From the NCBI GenBank assembly GCA_043228905.1, contig JBHGNT010000009.1, forward strand, positions 17,484,001 through 17,548,000: DNA of 64,000 nucleotides, written 5' to 3'. Made by a program: the position numbers and the translations under genes. Under the pieces are notes generated by a model. The model was given only the letters and a program-made list of their open reading frames with translations. It searched no databases and was not told the DNA's origin. Numbering within the stretch: position 1 is the first letter of the stretch; every line of letters begins with the position of its first letter. This stretch comes from Azolla caroliniana. Its lineage: Eukaryota > Plantae > Polypodiophyta. This document shows, piece by piece, positions 34,911-47,500 of the stretch.

Positions 34911-37900
34911 TTAGGATGTGCCTAGAGATGGAAATGTAGGCAAATAGGGACACGTGATCTATGAGACTAACCCACGCCTTTTACGACTATGCTTTTGGAA
35001 TTGCAATGGATACCCATGGAATGCGGGATTTGGCATAGAGGAGTTCACCGATGACTCGGATATCACACTTCTTGTTGAAACATGGGAGCATGATACTCAA
35101 AGGATTCAAGGTTTAGGAAACTATAATGTACACTCTTTGATATGGAAGAAAAATCCAAGACAAAGAAGAGGACAAGGAGGGGTGGCATGTTTGATTAAGA
35201 AGGAAATAGAGAAATATGTGTCAATCATAAAAAATGATGAAAATAAATGCTACATATGGCTCAAAATAGAAACACCTAATGATTTGCCCACTTTTGTAGT
35301 TGGATGTTACATTCCTCATCAGGATTCTAACTTTTATGCTTATTTGGATAAAGATCAACCATTTGCCAATCTAGAAGATGATATTGCTTATATCAAATCC
35401 AAAGGGGAAGTTATTGTCTTTGGTGACATGAATGCTCGTACAAGAAGTTTCCAACTTGATTCACAAGAATCTTTCATGCCACATATCTCAAGGATGCAAG
35501 AGGATATGCAAATGTATAACCGCTCTTCTAGCGATGAAAAAGATCCGGACCAATTTGGGAAGTTACTCCTACAAATGTGCAATAGTACCGGATTGCTTAT
35601 TGCAAATGGTATTTCCTTATGGCCCAACACTAATGGTTTTACATGTAGAAAACACAACGGAAATAGTGTGATTGACTATGTGCTACTTTCCGAAGGTATT
35701 TTGGATCGTATACATAAATTCTCACTTGGTGAATGGACACTGGAATCCAATCATAGACCTTTATGTATTGATCTCAAATGTATGCATAGGTTTGATTGTG
35801 AGAAGGCTATTGAAGATAATAAATAACCGCACTTGAGCATGAACCTTAAGCGAGCACCCATGTATTCCAAGATGGTTGAGGATATGTTACAAATGACAAA
35901 GATACAACATGGTGCCACACTAGAATGCAAATGGGAAGCTTTCAAGAAAGTCATTCTCTCATGTACAAACAAATGTTTTTCGACCAACCGCACATCTTGG
36001 AAATGCACCAAGAAACTTAGGAAAAAATAGTTTGATAAAGAATGTCGTGAAGCTCGAAAGTGCCTTATGGTTTTGGATGTAGTTAAGGATAAAGAGAATT
36101 ACCAAAAGCATTTGCATGAGTATAAAAGGCTTATTCAAAGAAAGAGAAGAATATGGGAAGTTACTCAACAATTTATCCAAACGCAAGAGAAAGCACATGC
36201 ATGTGCTAAATTTTGGGGAAATCTAAAGGGGAAACGTGTTGAGAGTTATGGTGGCTTAACTCTTCACGACTTGTCTATGCATTGTAAGAATTTATATGAG
36301 TTATCACTTGTCAGAAAGATGATGTGTTATGGTTCTCTTTCACATATGCCTCCCTTCTTTACAATTGAAGATATATGCATAGGACTTAAGAAATTGGCCT
36401 CTCGAAAGGCAAGCGATCTTCAATGTATAAAGGTTGAAATGCTCAAATGGACGGGAAAGGAAGCACATATATGGATAAGCGATATGTTAATGATGCATTG
36501 CAACATGGTATGCCGTACGATTGGACTACAAATTGGATCAAACCTTTACATAAAGGTGGAAATATAAATAATGTAAACAACTATCAAACCATCATGGTTG
36601 GCTCATTAATGGCAAAACTATTTGGATGTATAATGGAATCAAAGATAAGTGTATGGACTGAAAAAAGTTGTAAGAGAGCTTATGGACAAGTTGGCTTTCG
36701 AAAACACCATAGCACCATTGATCACCTTATCACCCTTCGAGTATTAATGGAGGAAAGTCGCCTTAGAGGTAAAGGTTTATATTGTTGCTTTGTAGACTTC
36801 AAGAAAGCTTTTGATATGGTACCTCGTGAGCATCTTTGGAGGCGAATGGAGGAAGTGAATATATGCTTGCAATTTCCTGAATTTATGAGAAGGTTATATA
36901 TGTTGTGTGCGCATGAGAGATAAACTTTCAGATTTTTTCAAAAGCACTATTGGTGTTAAGCAAGGATGCCCACTCTCACCAACACTATTTGGTCTATGCA
37001 TTGATGAATTGGAAAAATGGTTACCAAGTTTGCAAAGGAAGAATGTGTTGAAGAAGTTGCCATTAAGAATGTTGTGATTATACTTTTGCTATATGCAGAT
37101 GATGTAGTGCTTTTTGCAAATACTTTAGGAGATGCACAAAAGCTTATGAAGGCATTGGAAAAAATTTGCATGCATACTAAATTAAGTGTCAATAGCTCTA
37201 AAACAAAGATTATGCTTGTGAAGAACCAAAAAAGAGATAAACCATGCATTATGTACAACAATGAGCCACTTGAATGTGTGGAAAGCTTCAAATATCTTGG
37301 CCTTGAAGTTCCTTCAAATCATAGATGGAATGAATGTGCTACACGCCGCTTAGAAGCGGGTAAGCGAGCATACTATGCATTTGAGAACACATGCAATCTT
37401 GGAGATATTAAGTGTTGGGTCCTCAAGAAATATCTTTTCAACACTTTGGTGACACTGGTTCTTCTCTATGGGGTGGAAGTATGGGGTAGTAGCATCCCTA
37501 AATCTATGTGGAAAGAGTTTGAAAATGTCCAAAAGCATTTTCTTACCAAGTTTCTACAAGTTAAGAAACAAATGCCCTACACCCTCCTCCTCCTTGAGAC
37601 GGGATCGCTTCCCATTGAGATCATGGCCATGGAAAGGGTTGTTGAATACATGCTTAAGGTTCAAAAAAGTCCCTCACATCGACTTCCTAGAATTGCGTGG
37701 GAAGCAAGCAAAAATATCCAAAAGACGCATAAAAGCAAAATTTTGTGTTCCGGTTGGATGCAAGATATAGAAAAATGGTTTTGTAGATGGGATGCGAGAC
37801 ACTTGCTTCATGATGCATCATTAGATTCCTCTGTAAATGAGGCATTTTTGCAACACCAATGTATCATGACATTGGACAAATGTGGAGGCTCACGCTTCAC

Positions 37901-38120
37901 ACATTATACTACACATGTTGCACCTAACTACAAAACCATATTCTTTGTGGAACGGGGAAATCGTACACATCGATACATGTTAGAGCCCATACCGTTATCT
38001 ACCATTTGAACCATTGCTTCCATGCGACTTAGCTCATATGCATTGCGATGTGAAACAGGGCATTGGGGCACAAGTGATGAGAGTGGTCGGCTATGTACAC
38101 TTTGCCCTAAACAAGTTCAC
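34911..38120 (+). mobile_element. LINE ORF2 (APE endonuclease, RT, start of the Cys domain), mildly degenerate
   Basis: CFWNCNG...LVETW...GDMNART...SVIDY...SNHRP; QVGFRK, FVDFKKAFD, GVKQGCPLSP, LLLYADD, FKYLG, RLCTLC. Cut at about 38123 by an LTR. Confidence 0.92.
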
Positions 38121-38123
38121 GTA

Positions 38124-41100
38124 TGTTTTAGTACTATTCCTGACAGAAAACAAGACACATGTTTTTAACGTGAAAAACCTGAAAGGGGAAAACCACGGGA
38201 GTCCTCGAACTGCGAACAAATCACTATAAAGAGAGGAGTACAATGAGAAGCTCCAAGGCAACAACCTTTAGCTCTCCCTCGTTAGATAGACGACTACAAA
38301 GTTAGAAAACCCGAAAGGGAAAAACTACAGGAGTCCTCGAACTCCGAACAAATCGCTATAAAGAGAGGAGTACAACGAGAAGCTCCAAGGCAACAACCTT
38401 AAGCTCTCCTTCGTCAGACAGACGGTCACAAAGTTACAACTCTCTCTCTCACACACACACATACACACCGAGTTATAGAGGAAACTACCTTCTGTATCAA
38501 TATACAACAACTCTACACCTTGATAATGATTGCCCTAGATGTTTATATACTAATACAACATTCATGGTTATTTACAGATATGGCCCGCCAAGGGCACATT
38601 CTGACTATTTACAATTATAGTCCCCTGAATCAGTTATTAAATCGATTTTCGATTTCGGCCTCGGCCTCGGCCTATCAAGCTCGGTTGAATTACCCATGTG
38701 TCTTCGATTCAGTTTGTTCTCTTCTTCCCATCTGGAGGGACCTGTTTTCCCAACAAACTCCCCCTTCACTCTAGCATGGGGTACTTCATTAATCCGACCC
38801 TCTATCGGCACTCATTCAGCTTTTCTGCTGACAACACTTTCGTCAGCAAGTCTAATCTATATACGGTCATGTGGATCTTCATCAAAGCGAACTCCTTTTC
38901 TTCCACTCGCTCCTAGATCCAATGGTACCTCCGTTGGATGTGCTTTGTCCTCAAGTGGTAGGCAGCATTTTCGCAAGGTGGATGGCACTCTAGTTATCGC
39001 AGTGGAGTCCGAATTCCCAACTCTCCAATGAACTCCTTCATCCAAATTATCTCCTTGATGGCTTCCGCTTTAGCCTCTCTCTCCTTGACTCACATTTCTA
39101 TTCTTTATCTCTCACTCTCCCTCTCACATACACCCACCGATTGTATACCGTTCACACTCCTTGTATCGACCTCATGGTCTAAAACTCACATATTTGAATC
39201 AGTATAACCTTCCAATGTGGGGTTACCTAAGCCGAATTGGAGACAAACGCTCGGGGTGCCTCTTAGGCACCGAAGTATCCACTTCACAGCAGCCCAACAC
39301 TCTCTTCCGGGAATGCTCATATATCGACTAACCACTCTGATTGCATACACGATGTCCGGCTTGGTGCAAACCATTACATACATCAAGCTTCTGACTGTCG
39401 AGGCATAAGAGACTTTTGACATCTCTGCCTTCTCGGTTTTTGATTTCGAACTCTCGCTTCTGAACAGCTTACAGTTTGTTGGCATTGTCGAGCTGACGGG
39501 TTTCACACCTTCCATGTTGAATTTCTGAAGCACTTTTATCACGTACTTCTCCTGTGACAACCATAACAATTTCTTTGTTCGATCCCGAACAATGTGCATT
39601 CCCAAGATTTGTTTTGTTGGACCCATATCTTTCATCGAGAATGACCTACTCAAGGCCTTCTTCAAGCTTCTGATTTTGTTCGGGTCCTGTCCGACAATTA
39701 GCATGTCATCAACATACCACAAGAGGATTAGAAAATTACCTCCATCATACTTCTTGACAAAGATGCAATGATAAGCTTGTGTTTTGCCGAAACCGTGATC
39801 CACCATGAAAGATTCAAACTTTTGGTACCATTGTCGAGGTGCCTGCTTCAGCCCATACAGGCTCTTTCTCAGTCGGCTTCATTCTCTTAGGGGATATCAT
39901 CTACCTCCATTTCGCACAATCAATGCTTCTTCGATTCCTTTGGCCAAGTCGAATTCGGTTCCTTGTTCGACAAGTTCCCTTTGTTCTTCAGCTGGTTCTT
40001 GATTTTGCCGAGTATTAAATCGGCTGATTGGCTGGCTTGGATTCGATTTCGATCGAATCGACTTCTACTCGATTTGGTTGAGCATCGCCTTGGCTCAATT
40101 CGGTAGTTGGAGACTTATTCTCAATCTCCCAATCGGCAATCTTCTTCTCTTCCATGAAAACGATGTCTCGGCTCCTAATCATCTTCTTCTCAACTAAGTC
40201 CCATAGCCGATAGCCAAATTCGTCGTCGCCGTAGCCGAGAAATATACATGACCGAGATTTCGGGTCTAGCTTCCCCCTCTGGTCCTTTCAACATGCACAT
40301 AGGCAAGACAGTTGAACACCCTTAGATGTCGGTACAAGACCTCCACACCCTTTGTGGAATATCACTGTCCAAGGGTACTGAGGGTGGTCGGTTATCACAT
40401 ACAATGCCGTCATCAATGCCTTAGCCCAGAATGTCTTCGGTAACTTTGCATGTGCAAGCATATTGCGGACCCTCTCCATTATGGTATGGTTCATCCTCTC
40501 GGCCAACCCATTAAGCTCTGGCTTCCTCGGCACGGTGTACTCGAGCCGGATTCCCTGTGCTTGGCAATATTTTTCGAACGATCTGTGGTACTCTCCGCCA
40601 TTGTCTGTCTGGACTGTCTTCAATTTTCGGCCGGTTTCTCTCTCGACTCTCGCTTGGAACTCCTTGAAAATACCTAGTATTTGATCTTTCGTCTTTAGCA
40701 TGTTAGCCCACAACTTACGACTGTAATTGTCAATGAAGGTAACAAAGTATTGTCCACCTGAATGAGACTTCGCGTCTACATAGCATACATCGGTGTCTAC
40801 GAGTTCCAAGGAGGTTTTCCTCTAAATCGGAGGCCTCGGTTGGAATGTGGCTCTATTCTATTTGCCGGCCAGGAAATCAACACATTTATCTACATGCACT
40901 TTCTTCACATTCGGTAAGAGTTCTTTTTCTACTAGCATCTGCATTCCCTTCTAGCTCATGTGGCATAGCCTCTTAAGCCAGATCTCACCGGTTGTGTCAG
41001 GTGCCACGTTTACCTCATTTCGGCATAATCGACTATTCATTATATATAGCATGTTGGTTTTCCGGGCTCGAGCCACGATCAGACTCCCCTTGCAGAAACG

Positions 41101-43623
41101 TCATGACGCATTCATCATCCAACCGACCGGCTGATATCAGATTCAATCTGACTTTCAGAACGTGTCATACATCTTTTCAGCACTAATCGACGTTACCAGA
41201 CACACATCTCCAATGTTGACAATTCGGCATGCTCCTTCATTCCCCATCTTTACAAGACCGTGGTCTCCGGCCTTGTATGATGAGAAACACTTTCAGTCGG
41301 GGGTTAGGTGAAACAATGCACCCGAATCGACCACCCATGTCGATTCTTCGCCGGCGATGTTGACTTCATTTTGTTCACAAATGAACAACAGCTCCTTTAC
41401 ACTCACGACGATTGTTGAGGTGTTCTTTCGGCTCTACACCATCAGCTCCCCCTTTCTCCTTTCGAAAGTGTCGGAAGTTCTTTTCAAAGTGCCTCGACTT
41501 CCCACAATAGAAACACGTGTGCCTTCCCCTCGACTTCGACCTTGTCCCCGACTTATCTCGATTTTGGGGACGTCGATTTTGGCCTCTTCCTCGATTTGTG
41601 TCACTTTCCGTGACTAAGTCCTTCGGGTCGGCAATGGACTCTCGGTCCTTACTGCGAGCTTCCTTGTTTAGTAAGCTTGACTTCACCTACTCTAGGGATA
41701 GATGTTTCCCTTCCGGTCCCATGTTGCCCAGTGTGACAACGAGCGTCTCCTAGCTATCCAGAAGGGATCCCAGTGACAACAGTGCTAGTACGTCGTTGGC
41801 AAGAGGTACTTCTAGAGAGGTGGTTTGGTTCATCAGTCCTTGGAAGGCATTAATGTGCTCTGCCATGCTAGAGCCATCCGGATACCTCAGTCTCATGATC
41901 TTCTAGAAGGCTGATACTCACTTAATGACATTTTTATTTTTGAACATAATGTCGATCTTCTTCCACAGGACATCCACTTCTGTTTCTTCACCAAAGTTGT
42001 TATATAGACTCATGTCTATAAAACACCTTATATATGTGGTTGCCTTCTGATGCAAAACTTCCTAGGTCGCTGCATCGATCTTGTCTGGTTGTTTATCTTC
42101 GAACTACACCGGCAACCAAGCATGTCTCGTATCTTCGACTTCCACACTGAGTAGTTGGAGCCGGTAAGTTTGAACATGTCGTTGTATGAGTCTTCCATCG
42201 CTCTAATACAACTTTGTTAGGATCGTGACCGGCCACAACCGGTTATGCTCACAAATACGTGTTCGGGTGCAAAGAAAACAAGCAAGGTAATGCTTAGACA
42301 GAAGAAAATAGAAAACGAGACATAGATTTTTAACGTGGAAAGCCCGAAAGGGTAAAACCACGGGAGTCCTCGAACTCCGAACCATGGTTGTTTACGTACC
42401 CATATTTAACGTTTAAATACGTATAGTACCTCATTATTTGTATAGTACGTACTATACCTCAATGTTGTTCAGTCAAATATCATGTACATTTGTCCAATAT
42501 GGTATTCAATGTATTTATAAAAAAACAGGTATAATACGTATTTATAAAGAAAATGTAAGTAAAACCCTAACAAAAAGCAAAAGAAAAAAAAGATTTTAGT
42601 GAAAAAGAAGCCAAAGGAAGGAAGAAAGAAGAATAGAAAAGACGACGATGAAGAAGAAGAAGAAGAAGAAGAAGAGAGAAAAGAAGACATAAACCTGTCC
42701 TGAGTGTGATAATCGCAGAAGATAGAAGAAGAAAAAGAAGAAAACGAAGAAAAGAGAAACCTATCATGAGTGTGATAATTGTAGACAATTCCTCAATGTA
42801 TGAAGGCATAATTGCAAATAATTACAATTTGAAGTAGAACATCGTGATATACACTTACACTAATTTATAGAATAAGGGAATGTCGACATCCATATTACTA
42901 CAGGTATTTTAGGATGTGAAATGTTCAACTGTCTTATATGCATTTTAGGATGTAGAACTATATTGTACATCACAAAATTGTGTAAACATAGATGTTTTTT
43001 ACAATATTATAGATATTTTTTAGAAAGGTAAATAATTTTCAAATTCTAGAAGTATTTAACGTACTATATGTAAAATACGTATTTTACACACTTTACGTAT
43101 TTTATAAGTATTTAACATATTAAGAAAACGTATTTAACGTATTTTTAAATTGGGAGGTACTATACGGGTATTAATACGTTAAATACGTATGGTATCCGTA
43201 CCGTACCTAACAACCTTGCTCCAAACAAATCACTATAAAGTGAGGAGTACAACGAGAAGCTCCAAGGTAAAAACATTAAGCTCTCCTTCGTCAGACAAAC
43301 GGCTACAGAGTTACAACTCTCACTCACTCTCTCTCACATAGTTACAGAGGCAACTACCTTTTGTATCAATATACAACAACTCTACACCTTGATAATGATT
43401 GCCCTAGATGTTTATATACTAATACAACATTCAAGGCTATTTACAAATATGGCCCGCCAAGGGCACATTCTGACTATTTACAATTATAGTCCACCGAAAC
43501 AGTTATTAAATTGATTCTCGATTTCGGTTTTCGATTTCGATTTCGGCCTCGGTTGAATTACCTATGTGTCTTCGATTCGGTTCATTCTCTTCTTCCCATC
43601 CGGAGGGACCTGTTTTCCCAACA
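38124..43623 (-). mobile_element. Degenerate Ty1/copia element E (Tork-like, related to D)
   Basis: 5' LTR 42215-43623 (contains a MITE); degenerate PBS; CFYCGKSRHF, TDNGGEY, LWYVDDM; PPT TGAAGGGGGAG next to 38755; 3' LTR about 38124-38755. Internal deletions; no TSD found. Confidence 0.88.
42383..43218. mobile_element. hAT-type MITE copy 2 (836 bp, non-coding)
   Basis: Imperfect TIRs CATGGTTGTT...AACAACCTTG; 8-bp TSD CTCCGAAC/CTCCAAAC; absent from the partner LTR near 38345. Confidence 0.88.
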
Positions 43624-43632
43624 CGTGCTAGG

Positions 43633-43997
43633 TGTTACCCATATAGGTGTACAGGAGGGTTAATGGTGTAATGTGTAAGGTGTAATGTGTAATGTGTAAT
43701 GTGTAATGTGTGAGGAAGGGTGTGTGTGTGTGTGTGTGTGTACACATTTGGCTTTTTGTGTGCATATGTACAAGAGTGGGGTTAGTAGGTGTAACTACCC
43801 CTAATTCGGCTTTTTGTACCAACTCAATCTTGTACTATATAAACCCCCACCCATGGGGCATGAAAAAAGAAGGAAATATAGTGAAGTTACCCTCAACTCG
43901 TGTTAGTCTCGATTTCCCTCTCATTCTCTATTTCTCTCCCCCCCCCCCCCCCCCCCTCTCTTGTCTCACATTCAAACCCCCGTGGGACCCATCAACA
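43633..43997. repeat. LTR-like repeat (TG...CA), homologous to the split copy at 17727-23646
   Basis: Reverse-complement similarity (CCCATGGGGCATGAAAAAAGAAGGAAATATAG, GGGGTTAGTAGGTGTA); no TSD seen. Confidence 0.65.
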
Positions 43998-44122
43998 ATA
44001 TAGTTTTCCTATTTTCTATATATCTTGTGTCATCTCTCTCTCTCTCTCTCTTTTCGTAAATAATGGCTTTCATTACGAAAGAAAAAACACCACCATGACT
44101 AATTTACAACAAACTATAGAAC

Positions 44123-44454
44123 TGTTGAGCGGCAAGCTCAACCGGAGCCGGATCGGCTGAATAAGCCGAAGCCGGTAAGCGAGACGGATTGGGCGAAACG
44201 GATCGGTATGACGGTGAGCAACCGAACCGGCAAGCAGTGGAAGCCGGGTGCAATCCGTAACCGGCAGTCCAATCGGAAGCCTAGAATAGGATAGACTACT
44301 AGGTATCTATAGTCTCGTAGTAAGTGTCAGATGCTCGTGTGAGCATTGAAGTACATGGTACTTCTGTCAGTCCCAAGAGGACTTGTATAAATAGTACTAC
44401 TTAGCACAGTGTGAAATGCGTAGAGTCTTGATATAATTTTGGAAATTACGTTCT

Positions 44455-44527
<73 letters not shown>

Positions 44528-47500
44528 TGTTCTCTGTTTTACACTTCCGCAAACACTCACGTTTACATGGTATTAGAGCGCGAGGGTTGAGAACCTCTAT
44601 TGCAGACATTTACTCTTGAGAAGAAAACCCTAACAGGTCGAAAACAGACACAGTAGAAGACATGGATAGAGGCATGGCTACGTCGCTCCCGGTGGAAAAG
44701 CTCGACAGGAGCAACTACGCATCCTGTTCTTACAAGATGCACCAGTACCTACTTGGACACGGGTACTAGAGTTATGTCGAAGGAGCGAATGATGCGGCGC
44801 CAGACTCGGCACACAAGGACTTCCCGGTATGGGAACAGGTGGCAAGCAGGGTGATGTACTGCTTCGCATCCAGTGTTGGCGATCAGCTGCTCAGCCACAT
44901 CCGTGACGCCAAGACACCGAAGGATGCTTGGGGGAACCTGAAAAAGGTTTTCGCCGCAAGCACCACTGCCCGGAAGCTGCAACTCAGACAGGAGTTGAGC
45001 AATGTTCGACAGAAGAACATGTCCGTGGCAGACTACACGGGCCGGATAAAGGAGATTTGCGACTCACTCGCCTCTATCAATGTTACCGTAGAGGAAGACG
45101 AGCTGGTGCAGGTATGTCTCGGAGGCCTGGCGTCCAAGTTCGGAGCGTTCCGGACTGCGGTGTGTACAAGGGAGAATACCCCCACATTCTTCGACTTACA
45201 GTCGATGCTCCTTGTAGAGGAGAACCACGCCGGTGCATCTACCAGTGCATCCCCGAACAGCCGGATGTTGTACACGGGAACGGATCGGCACTGTGGGCGT
45301 GGTAGAAGAGGTGGGTCGGCACGCAATGGAGGCGGCCGGCAAAAGCAGGAACGGAGGCACTATGAGTGTGCCGACAGCAGTTCCGGGACTTCCATAAGCA
45401 AGGGGAGTCAAGGCGGTGCCGGAGGCCGGCAAGACAAATCTGCTACGGAATGCTGGTACTGTGGCAAAAAAGGCCACAGGGAAAGCGAGTGTTGGAGAAA
45501 GCGTGCCGATTCGGACAAATCCGGATCCGGCAAGACCGGTAAGGATGGCCGGCAAAACTCGCACTACGCAAACGGATCAGGAGGATCCGGAACCGGAAAG
45601 GCCGGTAAGGGGCCAGCCTTGGTGATGAATCACAAGGCAAACTCAATGAAGAAGACCACTTCCAAAATGGAGGAAGTGTGGTATGTTGATTCCGACGCGT
45701 TGAACCACATGACGAGCCACAAAGAGTGGTTCTCCTTTCTGGAGAAACCGGATCAACCAGGAGCAGTCGAAACCGGAGACGACACTCCACACCCAATCGT
45801 GCACGTCGGAGAAGTCCCTCTAAGCCACGTCGGACAGAAAGGGAAGTTGATGAACGTATTACACGTTCCGACGATCACGAAGAACCTGGTGTCCGTCGGT
45901 CAGATTGTCAACCAAGGGATGCAGGTGCGGTTTACGCACCTCGGGTGCTTCATTGAAGATGAGGGCGAAGTCATTGCGCAAGGGCGCAGAGACGGGAGGA
46001 TGTTTATCCTCAACACCAATGACATTGGCACCGCTCTGTTCGCGAAACGACAGAAGGTCGAGTCGGACATCGACCTATGGCACAAGCGGATAGGCCACGT
46101 CAACTACTGGAGGCTTCAAGACCTGCAAACGAAACGAGTCATTTTCGATTTGCCAAAGTTCAGCGGCCGGAGAGCCGAAATTTGTGAAGCCTGCCAACTT
46201 GGGAAGCAACACCGGCTTCCATTCCCCACCGAACGGAACCGGAGCCGTAACGAGCTCGATCTCATCCATTCGGATGTGTGGGGACCGGCACAAAGTGTAA
46301 GCCTTGGCGGGAGCCGGTACTTTGTCTCCTTCATCGACGACTATACTCGACATACTTGGATCTACCTCATTGAGTGGAAGAGCGAAGTCTTCGACTGTTT
46401 CCGGAGCCTCCAGAAGATGGTGGAACGGGAATCGGAGAGGAAGATCAAATGCCTTCGGTCGGATGGCGGAAAGGAATATTTTTCCGGCCAATTCACTAGT
46501 TATCTGCAGCAGAAGGGAATTCGGCGAGAGTTCAGCTGCAGATACACACCAGAGCAAAACAGTGTGGCCGAAAGGAAGAACCGGACACTCGTCGAAGCGG
46601 CAAGGACAATGCTAGAGAAGAGCATGCCCCGGTTCTACTGGGCGGAGGCGGTCCAGACGGCCGTCTACATACAAAACCGCATTGGTGACAAGGTGTCAGC
46701 TCATGAGCTGTATTTCGGGCGCAAGCCGAACTTAAGACACCTTCGGATATTCGCCAGCCTAGCGTATGTGCATGTGCCGGATCAGAAGCGGAGGAAGCTG
46801 GATGCAAAATCGGAAAAATGCATCCTAGTCGGCTATGCTCAAGAGCAAAAGGGGTATAAGTGCTATAACCCCCGGACGAAGGAAGTCCGAGTTAGCCGGG
46901 ATGTCGAGTTCGATGAATCGGCATCCTGGTACTCTGTACCGACTCTGACTTCCGATCCCGACCGAATGCCGGAAGATCAGGCCAGTGAGCCTGAATCAGC
47001 CTTGGAAGAGGATGATGAAGCCGGGACTCAAGATGAGAGTCCGGAATCGTTGCGTTGAGTGGATCGAACGAGCGACTGAGTCGGTTGGACCAGTCAGATG
47101 AAGAGACGGCAAGTGGTGGAGACTCTGTCGTGCTCTCCCCCCGCAAGGAACCAAGGAAACGGTTCACGCACAAAGAGAAGGGGAAGAGGAAGATGCCGGA
47201 ATTCGAAACCGGCAACGATGAGTCGGATCGGTGCATATCCGACTCCGGAAAGGAGAAAGGCAGATCTTCGGCAACGAAGACCGAACTGGCCAAGAAGGGC
47301 CTCAAATCAGGTGACGGTGCGTTGCGCCGATCAACCCGTCAGAAGGATCCCGTCGTGCAGTACGGGTACAATGAATACATGGCGCATCATTATGCATACA
47401 TGACTAAGGTGACAGAAGTGCGCGAGCCGGAGAGCTATGCAGAAGCAGCAAAGGACGCAAATTGACGTGCCGCTATGGACGAAGAAATGCGGGCACTCGA

